Origin: Eledone cirrhosa
Taxonomy: Eukaryota
Reading direction: 5' to 3'
Assembly (NCBI GenBank): GCA_964016885.1
Contig: OZ024752.1
Location: 27,466,001 to 27,530,000 of the forward strand
Length of the DNA: 64,000 nucleotides
Every line of letters begins with the position of its first letter. Within the stretch, counting starts at the first letter, position 1. A program made the position numbers and the translations under genes. Below are positions 62,201 to 64,000 of the stretch, one piece after another. A model generated the notes under the pieces. It was not told the origin of the DNA and ran no database searches. It worked only from the letters and a program-made list of their open reading frames with translations.

Positions 62201-64000
62201 CGGCTATCAACACACAATCTGTGGAACTAGTACCAAATTCGTCTATGAACACACAATCTGTGGAACTAGTACCAGCTTCGTCTATCAACACACAATCTGT
62301 GGAACTAGTACCAACTTCGGCTATCAACACACCAACAGTGGAACTAGTATCAACTTCGGCTATCAACACACAAACTGTGGAACTAGTACCAACTTCGTCT
62401 ATCAACACACAAACTGTGGAACTAGTAGCAACTTCGGCTATCAACACACAAACTGTGGAACTAGTTCCAACTTCTTCTATCAACACACAAACTGTGCAAC
62501 TAGTACCAACTTCTATCAACACACAAACTGTGCAACTAGTCTCAACTTCGGCTATCAACACACAAACTGTGGAACTAGTACCAACTTCGGCTATCAACAC
62601 ACAAACTGTAGAACTAGTTCCAACTTCGGCTATCAACACACAAACTGTGGAACTAGTTCCAACTTCTTCTATCAACACACAAACTGTGCAACTAGTACCA
62701 ACTTCTATCAACACACAAACTGTGCAACTAGTATCAACTTCGGCTATCAACACACAAACTGTGGAACTAGTACCAACTTCGTATATCAACACACAATCTG
62801 TGGAACTAGTACCAACTACGGCTATCAACACACCAACTGTGGAACTAGTACCAACTACGACTATCAACACACCAACTGTGGAACTAGTACCAACTTCGGC
62901 TATCAACACACCAACTGTGGAACTAGTACCAACTTCGTCTATCAACACACCAACTGTGGAACTAGTACCAACTTCGTCTATCAACACACAAACTGTGGAA
63001 CTAGTACCAACTTCGTCTATCAACACACAAACTGTTGAACTAGTACCAACTTCGTCTATCAACACACAAACTGTTGAACTAGTTCCAACTTCGGCTATCA
63101 ACACACAATCTGTGGAACTAGTACCAAATTCGTATATGAACACACAATCTGTGGAACTAGTACCAGCTTCGTCTATCAACACACAATCTGTGGAACTAGT
63201 ACCAACTTCGGCTATCAACACACCAACAGTGGAACTAGTATCAACTTCGGCTATCAACACACAAACTGTGGAACTAGTACCAACTTCGTCTATCAACACA
63301 CAAACTGTGGAACTAGTAGCAACTTCGGCTATCAACACACAAACTGTGGAACTAGTTCCAACTTCTTCTATCAACACACAAACTGTGCAACTAGTACCAA
63401 CTTCTATCAACACACAAACTGTGCAACTAGTATCAACTTCGGCTATCAACACACAAACTGTGGAACTAGTACCAACTTCGCCTATCAACACACAAACTGT
63501 GGAACTAGTTCCAACTTCGGCTATCAACACACAAACCGTGGAACTAGTACCAACTTCGGCTATCAACACACAAACTGTAGAACTAGTTCCAACTTCGGCT
63601 ATCAACACACAAACTGTGGAACTAGTTCCAACTTCTTCTATCAACACACAAACTGTGCAACTAGTACCAACTTCTATCAACACACAAACTGTGCAACTAA
63701 TACCAACTTCGGCTATCAACACACAAACTGTGGAACTAGTACCAACTTCTTCTATCAACACACAAACTGTGCAACTAGTACCAACTTCGGCTATCAACAC
63801 ACAAACTGTGGACCTAGTACCAACTTCGTCTATCAACACACAAACTGTGGAACTAGTACCAGCTTCGGCTATCAACACACAAACTGTGGAACTAGTACCA
63901 AATTCTTCTATCAACACACAAACTGTGCAACTAGTACCAACTTCAGCTATCAACACACAAACTGTGGACCTAGTACCAACTTCGTCTATCAACACACAAA
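50300..64000. repeat. HOR domain IV: units at 858, 2493 and 5634 bp offsets with nested 0.5-1.4 kb duplications; rich in 36-bp monomers
   Basis: The TTCTTTATC (-1) marker ends ORFs at 51801, 52659, 55152 and 60786. The CCAACAGTGG marker lies at 50896, 53854, 54361, 56698, 58099, 59068, 59881, 62332 and 63223. Confidence 0.88.

Larger units (their letters stand above)
1..64000. repeat. Tandem satellite/giant minisatellite array, 39-bp monomer, ~1,640 copies, single orientation, open at both window ends
   Basis: Consensus CTATCAACACACAAACTGTGGAACTAGTACCAACTTCGG recurs every 39 bp from first to last line. Most copies differ by only 0-3 substitutions, and rare 36/37/38/40-bp monomers occur. Every ORF translation has a 13-aa period. 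Most monomers carry an ACTAGT (SpeI) site. Confidence 0.99.

Noticed and set aside
36-63995. All listed ORFs as real CDS (mucin, surface or antifreeze-like repeat proteins)
   Set aside because: They are pure 13-aa repeats that overlap in three frames, mostly start at GTG/TTG codons inside the repeat, and have no unique domain. Stops (TAG at 2529, 7751, 11573, 14692, 21740, 25439, 25751, 28322, 30659, 37985, 42743, 45781; TAA at 993, 4698; many TGA) and frameshifts are propagated by duplication.
1-64000. CRISPR array (repeat of similar length with a dyad)
   Set aside because: Monomers abut directly with no unique spacers, no leader and no cas genes.
1-64000. Telomerase-made telomeric repeat (AC-rich strand)
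   Set aside because: The unit is longer than the telomerase repeats I know and lacks G-runs. Inherited kb-scale variant strings indicate recombinational copying rather than templated addition. A subtelomeric location is not excluded.
1-64000. Rolling-circle or sequencing concatemer artefact
   Set aside because: Variants recur in ordered, heritable multi-kb patterns with irregular periods, unlike random errors around a single template. Local misassembly of individual HORs remains possible.
1-64000. Diversity-generating retroelement or antigenic-variation cassette array
   Set aside because: No reverse transcriptase, recombinase or expression site is present, and variation is not adenine-specific.

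Overview
The whole 64 kb is one uninterrupted, head-to-tail tandem array of a 39-bp monomer (consensus CTATCAACACACAAACTGTGGAACTAGTACCAACTTCGG, 44% GC, about 1,640 copies by 64000/39). It runs off both ends of the window. I see no unique sequence, inversion, inserted element, RNA gene or CRISPR spacer. All listed ORFs follow from the monomer being 13 codons long with 3 of 6 frames stop-free (TQTVELVPTSAIN, HTNCGTSTNFGYQ, and VLIAEVGTSSTVC on the minus strand). Stops and frameshifts are copied freely, so no CDS is called. The information lies in the order of monomer variants: irregular higher-order repeats (HORs) of about 0.35-5.6 kb in several domains, a layered layout in which the two ends share rare variants missing from the middle, recurrent mutations at the single mismatch of a 14-bp quasi-palindrome, and indel pairs that often restore phase. 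This is most consistent with a eukaryotic satellite or giant minisatellite. Organism and function cannot be determined from this window, and I found no support for a new protein-coding system. Marker positions were read by eye or from ORF-track breakpoints, so domain boundaries are approximate.
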